Shown: positions 10,301 through 18,367, counted from the stretch's first letter. The stretch: DNA of 64,000 nucleotides from an uncultured Gammaproteobacteria bacterium (GCA_964590105.1 CAZPYM010000001.1:1022-65021); one strand, 5' to 3'. The notes: generated by a model from the sequence alone, not told the origin. Program-made: numbers and translations.

Positions 10301-11179
10301 ATTGAGATCGGATTAGGCGACTCTGACGGTGATGATTCAGTTCTTGGTTATAACAGTGAATTTGATGGTGAATGGGGCGCAAATGGCGCTGCTGCTGCTG
10401 GCAGTTATTTAATAGTAGCTACTGGCATAAGTTCAGGCGCGACCGTTACTCCTGCTAATATTACTTCTACTGGCGCTGCAGGTGGTACTGTTGTGGCTTC
10501 TTACGTCAATTACCTGTATGACGGTATTCCAATCGTTACAGCCAATACAAGCACTCCTAGCGGTACAGCAATTGCTGGCGCGAACAAGGAAGTGTTCAGA
10601 TTTGACGTTGAGGCTGTTGGCGATGATGTCAGTATTGATGAGTTGGAATTCTGCGTGGGCGGTACTGCGACAAACAACGGCAATTTCGCGGCTGGTGCAG
10701 GTGATGTAACTCTAATGAGTTCTGACCTGAATACCACTTATGCGACTTTGACTCAAGCTTTGTTTGACGCTTATTGGACAGCTTCTGCGTTAGGAGCCGG
10801 GGTCTATCAGCCATTGGCTCCAGATAATGCGGCTGGTTCAACTTGTTTCTCACTTGGTGGCACAGCAGGGGTAACTTCCAAGACAACCACTATGGTTGAT
10901 TGGACTAACTCAGTTGACCCTGTAATTGCTGCAGGTACTACGTCGACCTTTAGATTGTTCGGTGACACAACCGGTATTGCGACAAACGAAACATTGCAGA
11001 TCAGTTTGAAAGCTAATCCAACAGCTGCATATCAGACTACGGCCGCTGGTTTGGAATGGTATAACACATCTGCTGGAATCGTTGATAACTTTACCTCTGG
11101 TTCTGAGAGTGTTGCCGCAGCTGAAGGCGCAACTCTGACAAAGAATCTACCTATCCAAGGTGGAGCACTTGTCTACTAA
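7313..11179 (+). CDS. large secreted Thr/Ala/Gly-rich beta-sandwich surface (S-layer-like) protein
   Basis: ATG 7313 gives signal peptide MKKVLTLG...ASA-A; N-terminal GDLIK...VY...KRY module; repeated Ig-like units; strong T-ending codon bias suggesting high expression; strong terminator. Confidence 0.75.
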   Translation: MKKVLTLGVVLTTILWTIGIAAFVPVASAATLSAGDLIKASGAAVYFYAADGKRYTFPTESTYKTWYADFSSVKTITDDELAAITLAGNVVVRPGTELVKITTVPKVFAVSPNGKLSWVKTEPAAKALYGDNWNQRIIDIPDGFWVNYIDTGAELNGTAFPEGQLVSPTDSANIYYVGAEGKWNLIKDEAAFTANKWAWGNVVETSIAMVADGTEITAVVSANIDASQGGGGGTGVVVVAAGSLSVALNTTTPAVTTIPTNATAAAANVPFTYVDFTAGSSAVTVTGLKVTRTGLSQNAAFAAIKLFDGDTQIGTSQSLNSSNQAVFNNISFEVPANSTKTLTLAATMTLSAAYTNHILALGIAAASDITTTATLSGLFPVTGNSMTLNSSITIGTATLANGSLGTRNTTNLTVDTDAKDVRFTQVKISGGSGEAVTVKSVTALKNGTAASADITNIRLVNDTTGETLKTVTTLDSSGRAVFSGLNVAIAKGEFVELSVLADMNNSGAGRTIAFDLYDGNAFTISVVGNTYGFGITPTSSGTNFCGGTPWNCTAQTINQGYLTASLSANTPATGNVALGASKVPLLKYNLTAGGEGINVTSTLLTITTGTAELSKITQISIYDKDDKIVAGPQDATTASAGSQNLTFTDAYTVPAGINEYTIYANTASDMSALDTVYVALTVNGITAKGADSGKTTYTTSAGATVPPASVITGKTQTIKGPTLRVITAATPIASTFVVNSQDVDLAYFDLDATAGGEDMKITSLVVTQTAVTPANLLNLELWGDADNTDADNTVAKLGTTSSTATGAATNTFTFQVPLKISKSKISRLTLKGDVIGTSGTNLFKIVSDNATAVGWTTGQTASKTYSGTGQAHTLTASGSLIVTAAAGRAAAAQFVAGATGQSMMSYKFQATNEEVSVTDFYIATTGTAANANIGVVKLYLDGAQVGSLNGYSLDAYGIAHIVLDSGVFTAKKSPSYTTLDIKVDLASKDNLADISTIEIGLGDSDGDDSVLGYNSEFDGEWGANGAAAAGSYLIVATGISSGATVTPANITSTGAAGGTVVASYVNYLYDGIPIVTANTSTPSGTAIAGANKEVFRFDVEAVGDDVSIDELEFCVGGTATNNGNFAAGAGDVTLMSSDLNTTYATLTQALFDAYWTASALGAGVYQPLAPDNAAGSTCFSLGGTAGVTSKTTTMVDWTNSVDPVIAAGTTSTFRLFGDTTGIATNETLQISLKANPTAAYQTTAAGLEWYNTSAGIVDNFTSGSESVAAAEGATLTKNLPIQGGALVY

Positions 11180-11204
11180 TTACTGCTAGAAATTCAGATA
11201 TTGG

Positions 11205-11234
11205 AAAGGGTCCCGCCATCGGCGGGACCCTTTT
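11205..11234 (+). terminator. intrinsic terminator
   Basis: AAAGGGTCCCGCC-ATC-GGCGGGACCCTTTT. Confidence 0.85.
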
Positions 11235-11394
11235 ATTATTGGAAAATATGTTATATAATGAAATTAAGAAACTGGAAACTGGAAATTGGGGTTGATATTG
11301 AAAGTTGGGATTTGTTTTAATTTCCGCTTTTCATTGGTTTATTTCTCACCCATTTACCTAGTTACATAAGTACTTAATTTCTTTATTCAATTTT

Positions 11395-12054
11395 ATGAAA
11401 AAACGAAACATTGCGATAATCATTGTTGTGATTATCCTGGTAATAGGAGGATTGGTTTTTGTTAAGCTTCATGGCGCTGATTTGCAGGTCAGCGAGTTGA
11501 TGAAAATAAATACTACGCTTGAAATGAATGAGGCTCAACAGGCATTGTTTAGTGAACTGGAAGGTAATCTTAAAAATGACCCAAGTGATTACAGTTCGTT
11601 ATTTAAATTAGCTAGACTAAAGCAGGACATGCTTGATTTTGATGGCGCGGCTGAGCTGTATAATAAACTTTTAGAAACAAAACCGGGCGATACTTTGGTT
11701 ATGAATAATCTGGGTTCAATATATTATGATTCCAAGCAGTATGACAAAGCCGAAGAACTACAATTACAAATTATTGCGAAAACGCCTAAATGGATAGGTG
11801 CATACAAGGAATTGATGATGATTTATCGATATCAGTTAAAAGACAAGGCGCCGACTTTAGAAGATAAATTGCTTTATGGCTATAATAATTTTGCCGAGTA
11901 TAAACTTGATTTTACCAGTATGTTGTCTGTTTATTATGATGAAATAATGAATGATCCTATGAAAGCAAAGCCGTACTATGAAGAGCTGGCAGAATTACTT
12001 CCGGAAGATGCACAGGTCCAGGCGCGGTTGATTGAGATAAAGAATATAAAGTAG
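11395..12054 (+). CDS. membrane-anchored tetratricopeptide-repeat protein
   Basis: N-terminal TM; TPR patterns (NNLGSIYYDSKQYDKAEE; KLARLKQ...AAELYNKLL). Confidence 0.8.
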   Translation: MKKRNIAIIIVVIILVIGGLVFVKLHGADLQVSELMKINTTLEMNEAQQALFSELEGNLKNDPSDYSSLFKLARLKQDMLDFDGAAELYNKLLETKPGDTLVMNNLGSIYYDSKQYDKAEELQLQIIAKTPKWIGAYKELMMIYRYQLKDKAPTLEDKLLYGYNNFAEYKLDFTSMLSVYYDEIMNDPMKAKPYYEELAELLPEDAQVQARLIEIKNIK

Positions 12055-12250
12055 TAGCGGCGCGGATTGGGAGACGGAATTTAATCCGAATGTTCGTGTG
12101 CTGAAATTAGAAAATTTATATTTTAAATCCGAATAATAACGCAAATAATTTAAAATAATTTTACTTGTTGCATGGAAATTTGGATTTGCAGTCGGCTATG
12201 CAAAATTGCGCTATGACGAAGCGCGGCGCGCGTTAACAAAGGGCGAACGA

Positions 12251-12360
12251 CCCCGCCGTAGGCGGGGGAGAGAGACCGGCCGGCCGCCAGGCCCATTTCT
12301 TCCCCTCCCGCGGGGAGGGGGCAGGGGGGGGGGCTGGGCTACCTGCCTGCAAAGCAAGTA
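12251..12360. repeat. cluster of GC-rich REP-like hairpins
   Basis: CCCCGCCGTAGGCGGGG, CCCCTCCCGCGGGGAGGGG and CCTGCCTGC...GCAAG within an AT-rich spacer. Confidence 0.5.
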
Positions 12361-12441
12361 AAGGGCAAAGAGCATGAAACTTTAAGAGTGGAACTTAGAA
12401 ATTTACAAATATAAATATAAAAAAATGAAAAATACGCATTT

Positions 12442-14028
12442 ATGATTAAAAAAATTACATTTTTATTGGTCATTGCTCTCATGATGTTTCCTTTTCTTGG
12501 CAAGGCGTCAAATGTGGTTATTGTTAATTTAAATCAGGTCAGCATGGAAACTTATTTTTATCCGTTGACTTTTGACAACCTGGCGCTGGACTTTTCAGTT
12601 GTGCCGGCGCAGAGCGATGTCTTGCAGACTTTGGTCATAAAAAATTATGGTAGCGCTCGGTTTAATTATGAAATTGAAAAATTGGTTTTGTGGTCAAGCG
12701 CCGGAAGTGATTTTATGGGATTCGCCGTTGACACCAAGCTTGGCGAAGCGACTTATGATTCTGGCAATCAAGTCTGGGTATTCAAATCTCTGAATGCCAC
12801 TGTGCCACTTAGCGGCAAGCGATTTTTTGTAACAGCTGAAACCAAAAAGAACGGTAGCGATAGCAAAACTTTTCAGTTTTTAATGCCGGCATATTCTGAT
12901 GTGGACGCTGATGGTGTTTATGATATGGGAGATACGGGGATGTTTTTTGAATCAAAAACTATTTTGCCGGAATCAGGATTATTGAACATTGATTTTGCCA
13001 CATATAAAGCAACTACCCATGATTCGTCCGGCCCGGTGACAGTTATTACTAATCTAAAAAATGGACAAACAATAACCAACTCCACTGATTTTACCATCAC
13101 AGGAGAGTCAAGAGATCAGGGCGGCTCAAACCCTGATACGCTGGAGGTTTGCATTGATGGGGGCTGCGCCAGCGCGACTAATACTAGCTCGTATTTTTTG
13201 AAATGGAAATATGACTGGACAGATATTAGCGATGGCAGTCATTCCATTTATACAAAAACCAAAGATTCGAATAACAATTTGACAACTTCAGCCACTATGA
13301 CAGTGACTAAAACAACAGTTCAAGTGGTATCAACCGCCAATTCGATCGTGTCTTTGAATAAATCTGCAGCCAAGGCGGACGGCAGCGATTCGATTCTTGT
13401 TACCGCTATAATCAAGGATTCAAACAAGCAGGCAATGCAGGGAAAAACAGTTTATTTTTCTGAATTTACTGCCGGCGGAGTCGGCGTGGTTGACAGCGAA
13501 AAAGTTACTGATGCCAGTGGGCAGGTAGTTTTTAGCGTCAAATCTTCAGCGGTCGGGACTTTTCGGGTCAGCATTATTGTTGAGGGCGGCAGTATTATAG
13601 ATGATAATATCCAGATACAGTTCATCAAAGCCGCGTCGGAAGCAATCAGTTATACTGATGGTGAATTTATCAAATTGGCTGATCAAAAAGCAGTTTATTT
13701 TCTTGACAAAAAAAATATTCGCCATGCCTATCCTTCGCAGGCGATTTGGGAGAGCTATTGGGGAAATGATTTTTCGTTTGTAAAAATTGTAAGCGCGGAC
13801 GCGATGGCCGGTTATTCTCTCGGCGTAAATGTGCCATTCAAAGCCGGCATTCTGATGAAAATCCCGTCTGTGGCAAAGGTTTATAAAGTTGAAGCCAATG
13901 GCGTTATCCATTGGATCAAGACAGAAGCAACCGCAAAAAGTTTGTACGGCAATGGCTGGGCCGCGCTGGTAAAAGACTTGTCAGAAGCGTTTTTTACGGA
14001 TTATACGGTGGGGGCGGATATTGATTAG
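12442..14028 (+). CDS. secreted Ig-like (Big_1/invasin-like) domain protein with C-terminal module shared with the S-layer-like protein
   Basis: Signal peptide; ADGSDSILVTAIIKD...GKTV...TDASGQVVF Big_1 pattern; C-terminal GEFIK...VY...RHAYP...LYGNGW module. Confidence 0.75.
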   Translation: MIKKITFLLVIALMMFPFLGKASNVVIVNLNQVSMETYFYPLTFDNLALDFSVVPAQSDVLQTLVIKNYGSARFNYEIEKLVLWSSAGSDFMGFAVDTKLGEATYDSGNQVWVFKSLNATVPLSGKRFFVTAETKKNGSDSKTFQFLMPAYSDVDADGVYDMGDTGMFFESKTILPESGLLNIDFATYKATTHDSSGPVTVITNLKNGQTITNSTDFTITGESRDQGGSNPDTLEVCIDGGCASATNTSSYFLKWKYDWTDISDGSHSIYTKTKDSNNNLTTSATMTVTKTTVQVVSTANSIVSLNKSAAKADGSDSILVTAIIKDSNKQAMQGKTVYFSEFTAGGVGVVDSEKVTDASGQVVFSVKSSAVGTFRVSIIVEGGSIIDDNIQIQFIKAASEAISYTDGEFIKLADQKAVYFLDKKNIRHAYPSQAIWESYWGNDFSFVKIVSADAMAGYSLGVNVPFKAGILMKIPSVAKVYKVEANGVIHWIKTEATAKSLYGNGWAALVKDLSEAFFTDYTVGADID

Positions 14029-14128
14029 CGGTAGCTGAAGGGACAGGACAGAATTTAATTCTGTCCTTACTGTTCTGACTGTCCTTATGAGGGGGCGAGA
14101 GGCAAGCAAAAAGTTATCCACAGTTGAA

Positions 14129-14162
14129 TAAAAGATGTTGAGGCGACTCGACATCTTTTTTG
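14129..14162 (+). terminator. intrinsic terminator
   Basis: AAAAGATGTTGAG-GCGA-CTCGACATCTTTTTT. Confidence 0.6.
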
Positions 14163-14370
14163 TTTTTTAAAAAATGCCTCTGTAAAAACGCGAAAATTTT
14201 TGACGAGGCGGGTCGACAAGATTTGGTTGTGGGTTAAATGTTGGGTTGAGATAATAAAGTAGTAATTGATGGTGGCGTTTTCGTTATTGTGTCGTCGCGC
14301 CTCACTTCGTTCGGTGCTTCTCGCAATGACAAAGGTGGACGGCACGGCGATGATTGCGACAACGCCACAT

Positions 14371-14819
14371 TGTCATTGCGAGGAGCCGCGCGCAGCAGCG
14401 GCGACGAAGCAATCACGCCCCCATTAGCGCTTTCTAAAAGGGTGGCGTCATAATCGCTTCCTGAAAAATATAAGTTATGAGGCGAAGATTATACAGCACA
14501 TATATACTGGCGAATAAAACTAATTCAGTTCTATATACCGGTGTGACTAATAATTTAAATGTAAGAATTTGGCAACATAAAACTAAATTGAACCCAAAAT
14601 CTTTTTGTGCCAGATATAACGTTAATAAATTAGTTTATTATGAAAATTACCAATACGTAATGGATGCGATCAGAAGGGAAAAGCAAATTAAAGCTGGTTC
14701 GAGGAGAAAGAAGGAGCAATTGATTCAGAGAGAGAATCCTAATTATGATGATCTTTATGAAGAATGGCTGGAATGAGATTGCTTCGTCGTTCCGCTCCGC
14801 GTGACTCCTCGCAATGACA
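14371..14819 (+). mobile_element. GIY-YIG gene bounded by bipartite inverted REP-like repeats
   Basis: Left TGTCATTGCGAGGAG..CGACGAAGCAATC (14371-14414) is the inverse of right GATTGCTTCGTCG..CTCCTCGCAATGACA (14777-14819); another copy at ~14286-14331. Confidence 0.7.
14477..14776 (+). CDS. GIY-YIG nuclease (YhbQ/UPF0213-like)
   Basis: TYILANK...LYTGVTNNLNVRIWQHK...LVYYE...AIRREKQIK motifs. Confidence 0.92.
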   Translation: MRRRLYSTYILANKTNSVLYTGVTNNLNVRIWQHKTKLNPKSFCARYNVNKLVYYENYQYVMDAIRREKQIKAGSRRKKEQLIQRENPNYDDLYEEWLE

Positions 14820-14983
14820 GAGGGGAGAAGGTGGCTCCGCGTGACTTCTCGCAATGACAGAGGGGATAAGGTGGCTCCGCGTGACTTCTCGCAATGGCAG
14901 AGGGGAGAAGGTGGCTCCGCGTGACTCCTCGCAATGACAGAGGGGAGAAGGTGGCTCTGCGTGACTTCTCGCAATGACAGAGG
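14794..14983 (+). repeat. tandem array of a 40-bp REP-derived unit (four full copies plus one partial)
   Basis: AGGGGAGAAGGTGGCTCCGCGTGACTTCTCGCAATGACAG at 14821, 14861, 14901 and 14941, with 0-2 mismatches each. Confidence 0.92.
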
Positions 14984-15087
14984 GAATCGGGTTGCTTTCG
15001 CAGGATTCCTTGCAGTCATTACAGAGGGCGCTTGATGTGCGGTTAATTTAAACTAAACTAGGCGAAATAATTAATTAACCAAAATGT

Positions 15088-15804
15088 ATGAAAAAAGAAA
15101 AACCAATCGCCCCGGCTTTAGAGGGTGAAAAAAAATCCGAAGCAAAACCAAAGTACGACAAGCCGTTTCGCCAGCCAGGCGGAGTGTACTTTCACTACGG
15201 CGAAGTGATCGGGCACAAAAATGTTTTCGTGACAAAAGAATACATGGATTTGCTGGTCAATGCTTTCAAGCTGGCAGAACTGAAGCAGGATATAAAAAAC
15301 CTTGCCTATGTGATCATGCCAAACTTCTTTTTCTGGATGTTTCGTCTGCCGGAAAAAATGGATAATCCCGCTGATATTTATGGCGAAGTCAAGGGCCAAG
15401 TGGCCACGGAAGTGATGAAATATTTACGCAAGGAAATCAAGGAAGGCGCTTTTGATTTGCTCGACATCTTTAAACCAAATGACAGGGTCGGTCGCTCGTT
15501 GCCGCAGAAAATATTATGGAGCTTCGAAGAGCAGGCCAAAGCATTTGAAAATAATAAGCGCTACAAAATTTGGACGCCAAAAACGCGGACCTGCCCGATT
15601 GATAATGATGAAAAATTGCGCGCGAAATTGGCGCAAATCAAAAAAGCGCCGGTGAGCGATCGCTGGAGACTGGTGGAGTCGGCGGAAAAATACCCGTACC
15701 TTTATCTGTCCGAGGAAGTAGCTACGCTTGGCGAGGCCGGAGTTGATCTGGCGTCGTTTTGCCCGGTTATTCAGGTCAATGAATCAGTTGAAGTAAAAAC
15801 CTAG
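15088..15804 (+). CDS. RAYT/Y1 (IS200-like HUH) transposase-fold protein, apparently catalytically inactive
   Basis: PGGVYF...NVF...AYVIMPNFFFW...KIWTP...KLAQIKKAPV...LVESAEKYPY parallels the RAYT pattern YF..R..F..AYVIMPNHIH..FWQ..KLDYIH.NPV..LV..P.DYPW. Confidence 0.65.
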   Translation: MKKEKPIAPALEGEKKSEAKPKYDKPFRQPGGVYFHYGEVIGHKNVFVTKEYMDLLVNAFKLAELKQDIKNLAYVIMPNFFFWMFRLPEKMDNPADIYGEVKGQVATEVMKYLRKEIKEGAFDLLDIFKPNDRVGRSLPQKILWSFEEQAKAFENNKRYKIWTPKTRTCPIDNDEKLRAKLAQIKKAPVSDRWRLVESAEKYPYLYLSEEVATLGEAGVDLASFCPVIQVNESVEVKT

Positions 15805-15918
15805 TTTAGTTAATTCTGCCTAGCGGTGGAAGAACTAATTAATAACCCTGGGGCCGGCGGATTATATAGCGAATTTTATGGGAATTGCGTGTGACTCGCC
15901 GGCCCCTTTGAAAAATAT

Positions 15919-18165
15919 ATGAAATATATAGTTTGTTTAATGTTGATGTTTTTCTTGACAATTCCTTTTGACTTATTATTCCGTCAGGCGTGGGCGCAGG
16001 TTCCCTTGTGTTCAAATACCATAACAGACAGTCTTATTTATCAATACATTGTAATTGGTTGCGGTGAGAACCCGTGTCAAAGTTGGTTGAAGGATTTGTT
16101 GGAAAATATTGAAACAAGTGAAACCCCAAATCAGTCTTCGCAAAGCTTAGCCGGTTCAGGGCAAGCAGATGAAACAAGTGAAACGGATTTAATTTCGCAG
16201 GTGATTTTTGTGGACGGCGAAATCTTTTCACCGGCGGAAACGCTTGAAAAAGCGGAAGATAGTATAGAGGGTGAAAAATCCCTCGACTCCCCCGCACTTG
16301 GCGAAGTCGCTCGGGATGACAATGAGGTGGAACAAGAAGAGGCACAAGGTATTACGGCTAACCTAGTTGAAATTGGGCCAAAACAGATCAGAATCAATGA
16401 AATTGTTGCCGTGCCAATTGCGGGACAAAATGAGTGGGTTGAGCTTTTTAATACTTTGGATTTTGCGGTTGACCTTGACGGTTGGCAGTTGATTGAAGGC
16501 GCAGGAAAAAAAACAGAATTGTCCGGACAGATTCAGCCCGGCGGATATTTGGTTTTTGATAAAAATAATTTGAATAACAGTGGCGACGTTGTTGTTTTGC
16601 AAAATTCCGCTGGCCAGGAAATTGACCGGGTGAGCTATGGTGACTGGGAAGCGGCGACAGCGCCGGCAGCTCCGAGCGGCAATTCAATTGGTTTATTTGG
16701 CAATGAATACAAGGAAACCGAAGTTGTAACGCCGGAGCAGAAGAATGTTTTTCAGTTAGAGGTGGAAGAGGTGGAAGAGGTGGAAGAGGTGGAAGAAGTG
16801 GAAGAAGTTGATCCAGTTGATCAAGTTAACCAAGTTGATCAAGTTAACCAAGTTGATCAAGTTAACCAAGTTGATCAAGTTAATCAAGCGGATCAAGCGG
16901 AGCAAATTGGAACAATAGAAGAAAAAGCCGTTGAATATCAGTATTCAGACAAAATAATAATCAATGAATTTTTGGCGGATCCGCTTGGAAGCGATGACGC
17001 GGAATGGATTGAACTTTACAATAGCGGGGCTGAAGATGTGAATTTATTCGGCTGGAAGTTGGATGACGCAGAGGGCGGCAGTAAAGTGTTTGAAATAAAA
17101 GATCAGATTATTATCAAAGAAAATGATTACCTGATATTTTCGAAAGAAGAAACAGGTTTGGTCCTGAATAATTCATCAGATCGAATCGCTCTCATTGATC
17201 CGGCTGGCAAAATAGTCAGTTCAATTGAATACCAAAATCCGAAAGAAAATTACAGCAGGGCATTGATTGATGACGAATGGCAGGATACATCAATATTAAC
17301 CCCCGGAAAAAAGAATGAAAAACCCGGCTTGCAAATGGCGCAATTTATTGGCAAGGAAAGCGAGGAAAATAGCAAAATCCAAGCAAGTTCTTTATCAGCC
17401 GTCAAAATATATGATTTAAATGAAGTCAGGGATTTGCCCTTGAAAACAAAAGTTATAACCAGGGGGCAAGTGGCCGTACTGCCGAATGTTTTCAGTAAAA
17501 ATTTGATCTATCTGGCCGGTAGCGGCATGCAGATATCTTTTTCCAAAGCAGACTGGCCGGAAATGAACATCGGCGACCTGGTGGAAATTGAAGGCACTCT
17601 TTCGGAAAGTTATGGAGAAAAAAGAATTTTATTGAAAGATAAGCAGGAAATTAAAATTATTGAAGCCGGCGATTTGCCGGCGCCGCATTTAATTGATTCA
17701 AGGCAAATCACAGAAGATGTTGAAGGTTTTTTTGTCCAGATTGAGGGGACTTTGGTAGAAAAAAATGCCAGCAAGATGACTTTTGCTGATGAATATGGGG
17801 AATTCTTTGTTTATCTGAAACAGGGAGCGCAAATTAGTTCAAAAATTCTGAGTTTGAATGATAAAATTCAAATCACGGGAATAGTTAGTCAATATAATGA
17901 TGAATATCGGATTTTGCCGAGAAGCCAGAATGATCTGGTGAATTTTACTTGGTTGGAGAATCCGGTGGCGGGTGAAGTTCAGCAGGGCGAGCAGCAAATT
18001 CCGGCTAGTTCAAGCAGGATTAAAATACTGTGGGGATTACTGACCGGTTTTGTGATCTTGTGTTTTTGCAATTTGTATTTTCTTTGGCAAAAAAAAGCGC
18101 AGGTCGCAGAAAAATTTCAAGCTTTGAGAAAAATAGTTGTCCATAGGTGGAGGCCGGAACCTTAG
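15919..18165 (+). CDS. surface protein with two lamin-tail domains, OB-fold domains and a C-terminal TM anchor
   Basis: Two INE...P...EWxELxN...L.GW.L motifs; OB-like GDLVEIEGTLSESYGEKRI and DKIQITGIVSQYNDEYRILPR; C-terminal TM. Confidence 0.85.
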   Translation: MKYIVCLMLMFFLTIPFDLLFRQAWAQVPLCSNTITDSLIYQYIVIGCGENPCQSWLKDLLENIETSETPNQSSQSLAGSGQADETSETDLISQVIFVDGEIFSPAETLEKAEDSIEGEKSLDSPALGEVARDDNEVEQEEAQGITANLVEIGPKQIRINEIVAVPIAGQNEWVELFNTLDFAVDLDGWQLIEGAGKKTELSGQIQPGGYLVFDKNNLNNSGDVVVLQNSAGQEIDRVSYGDWEAATAPAAPSGNSIGLFGNEYKETEVVTPEQKNVFQLEVEEVEEVEEVEEVEEVDPVDQVNQVDQVNQVDQVNQVDQVNQADQAEQIGTIEEKAVEYQYSDKIIINEFLADPLGSDDAEWIELYNSGAEDVNLFGWKLDDAEGGSKVFEIKDQIIIKENDYLIFSKEETGLVLNNSSDRIALIDPAGKIVSSIEYQNPKENYSRALIDDEWQDTSILTPGKKNEKPGLQMAQFIGKESEENSKIQASSLSAVKIYDLNEVRDLPLKTKVITRGQVAVLPNVFSKNLIYLAGSGMQISFSKADWPEMNIGDLVEIEGTLSESYGEKRILLKDKQEIKIIEAGDLPAPHLIDSRQITEDVEGFFVQIEGTLVEKNASKMTFADEYGEFFVYLKQGAQISSKILSLNDKIQITGIVSQYNDEYRILPRSQNDLVNFTWLENPVAGEVQQGEQQIPASSSRIKILWGLLTGFVILCFCNLYFLWQKKAQVAEKFQALRKIVVHRWRPEP
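16276..16322 (+). repeat. REP-like element in-frame in the lamin-tail gene
   Basis: ATCCCTCGACT...AGTCGCTCGGGATGACA; related to the inverse of 2669-2692 and ends in ATGACA like the GIY-YIG repeats. Confidence 0.5.
16759..16905 (+). repeat. coding tandem repeats (EEV)n and (DQVNQV)n
   Basis: 9-bp GAAGAGGTG and 18-bp GATCAAGTTAACCAAGTT units. Confidence 0.9.
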
Positions 18166-18167
18166 CT

Positions 18168-18236
18168 GGCGGCGGGATTCAGGAATCCCGCCTACAGAAG
18201 ATGGAGTCAGGCGCGCTTCCGGAAGCGCGCCTGACT
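18168..18236. repeat. GTAG-tagged REP copy 2 plus an adjacent perfect 32-bp palindrome
   Basis: GGCGGCGGGATTCAGGAATCCCGCCTACAGAAGATGG (matches 2938-2974), then AGTCAGGCGCGCTTCCGGAAGCGCGCCTGACT. Confidence 0.75.
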
Positions 18237-18367
18237 GTTGCCACCGTTTTAGCGGGCCGGAGCCTCTAGACATCGTTTTAGAAATTCGGTTCGTGGCTTT
18301 CATGTGTATAAACTTTGTTGATGTTTAAAATTTGTGGTATAATTTGATTGAAACTAAATAGAACTTG

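Noticed and set aside
14114-14122. DnaA box TTATCCACA suggesting oriC
   Set aside because: Single box; no cluster and no dnaA/dnaN nearby.
14794-14983. CRISPR-like regularly spaced repeats next to a nuclease
   Set aside because: The intervening sequences are near-identical, so there are no unique spacers; the unit is only 40 bp and no cas genes are present. It is a tandem REP array.
14085-15019. Minus-strand ORFs with repeated VIARS/SLRE peptides (14085-14345, 14234-14416, 14630-15019)
   Set aside because: They are translations of the REP repeats, not credible proteins.
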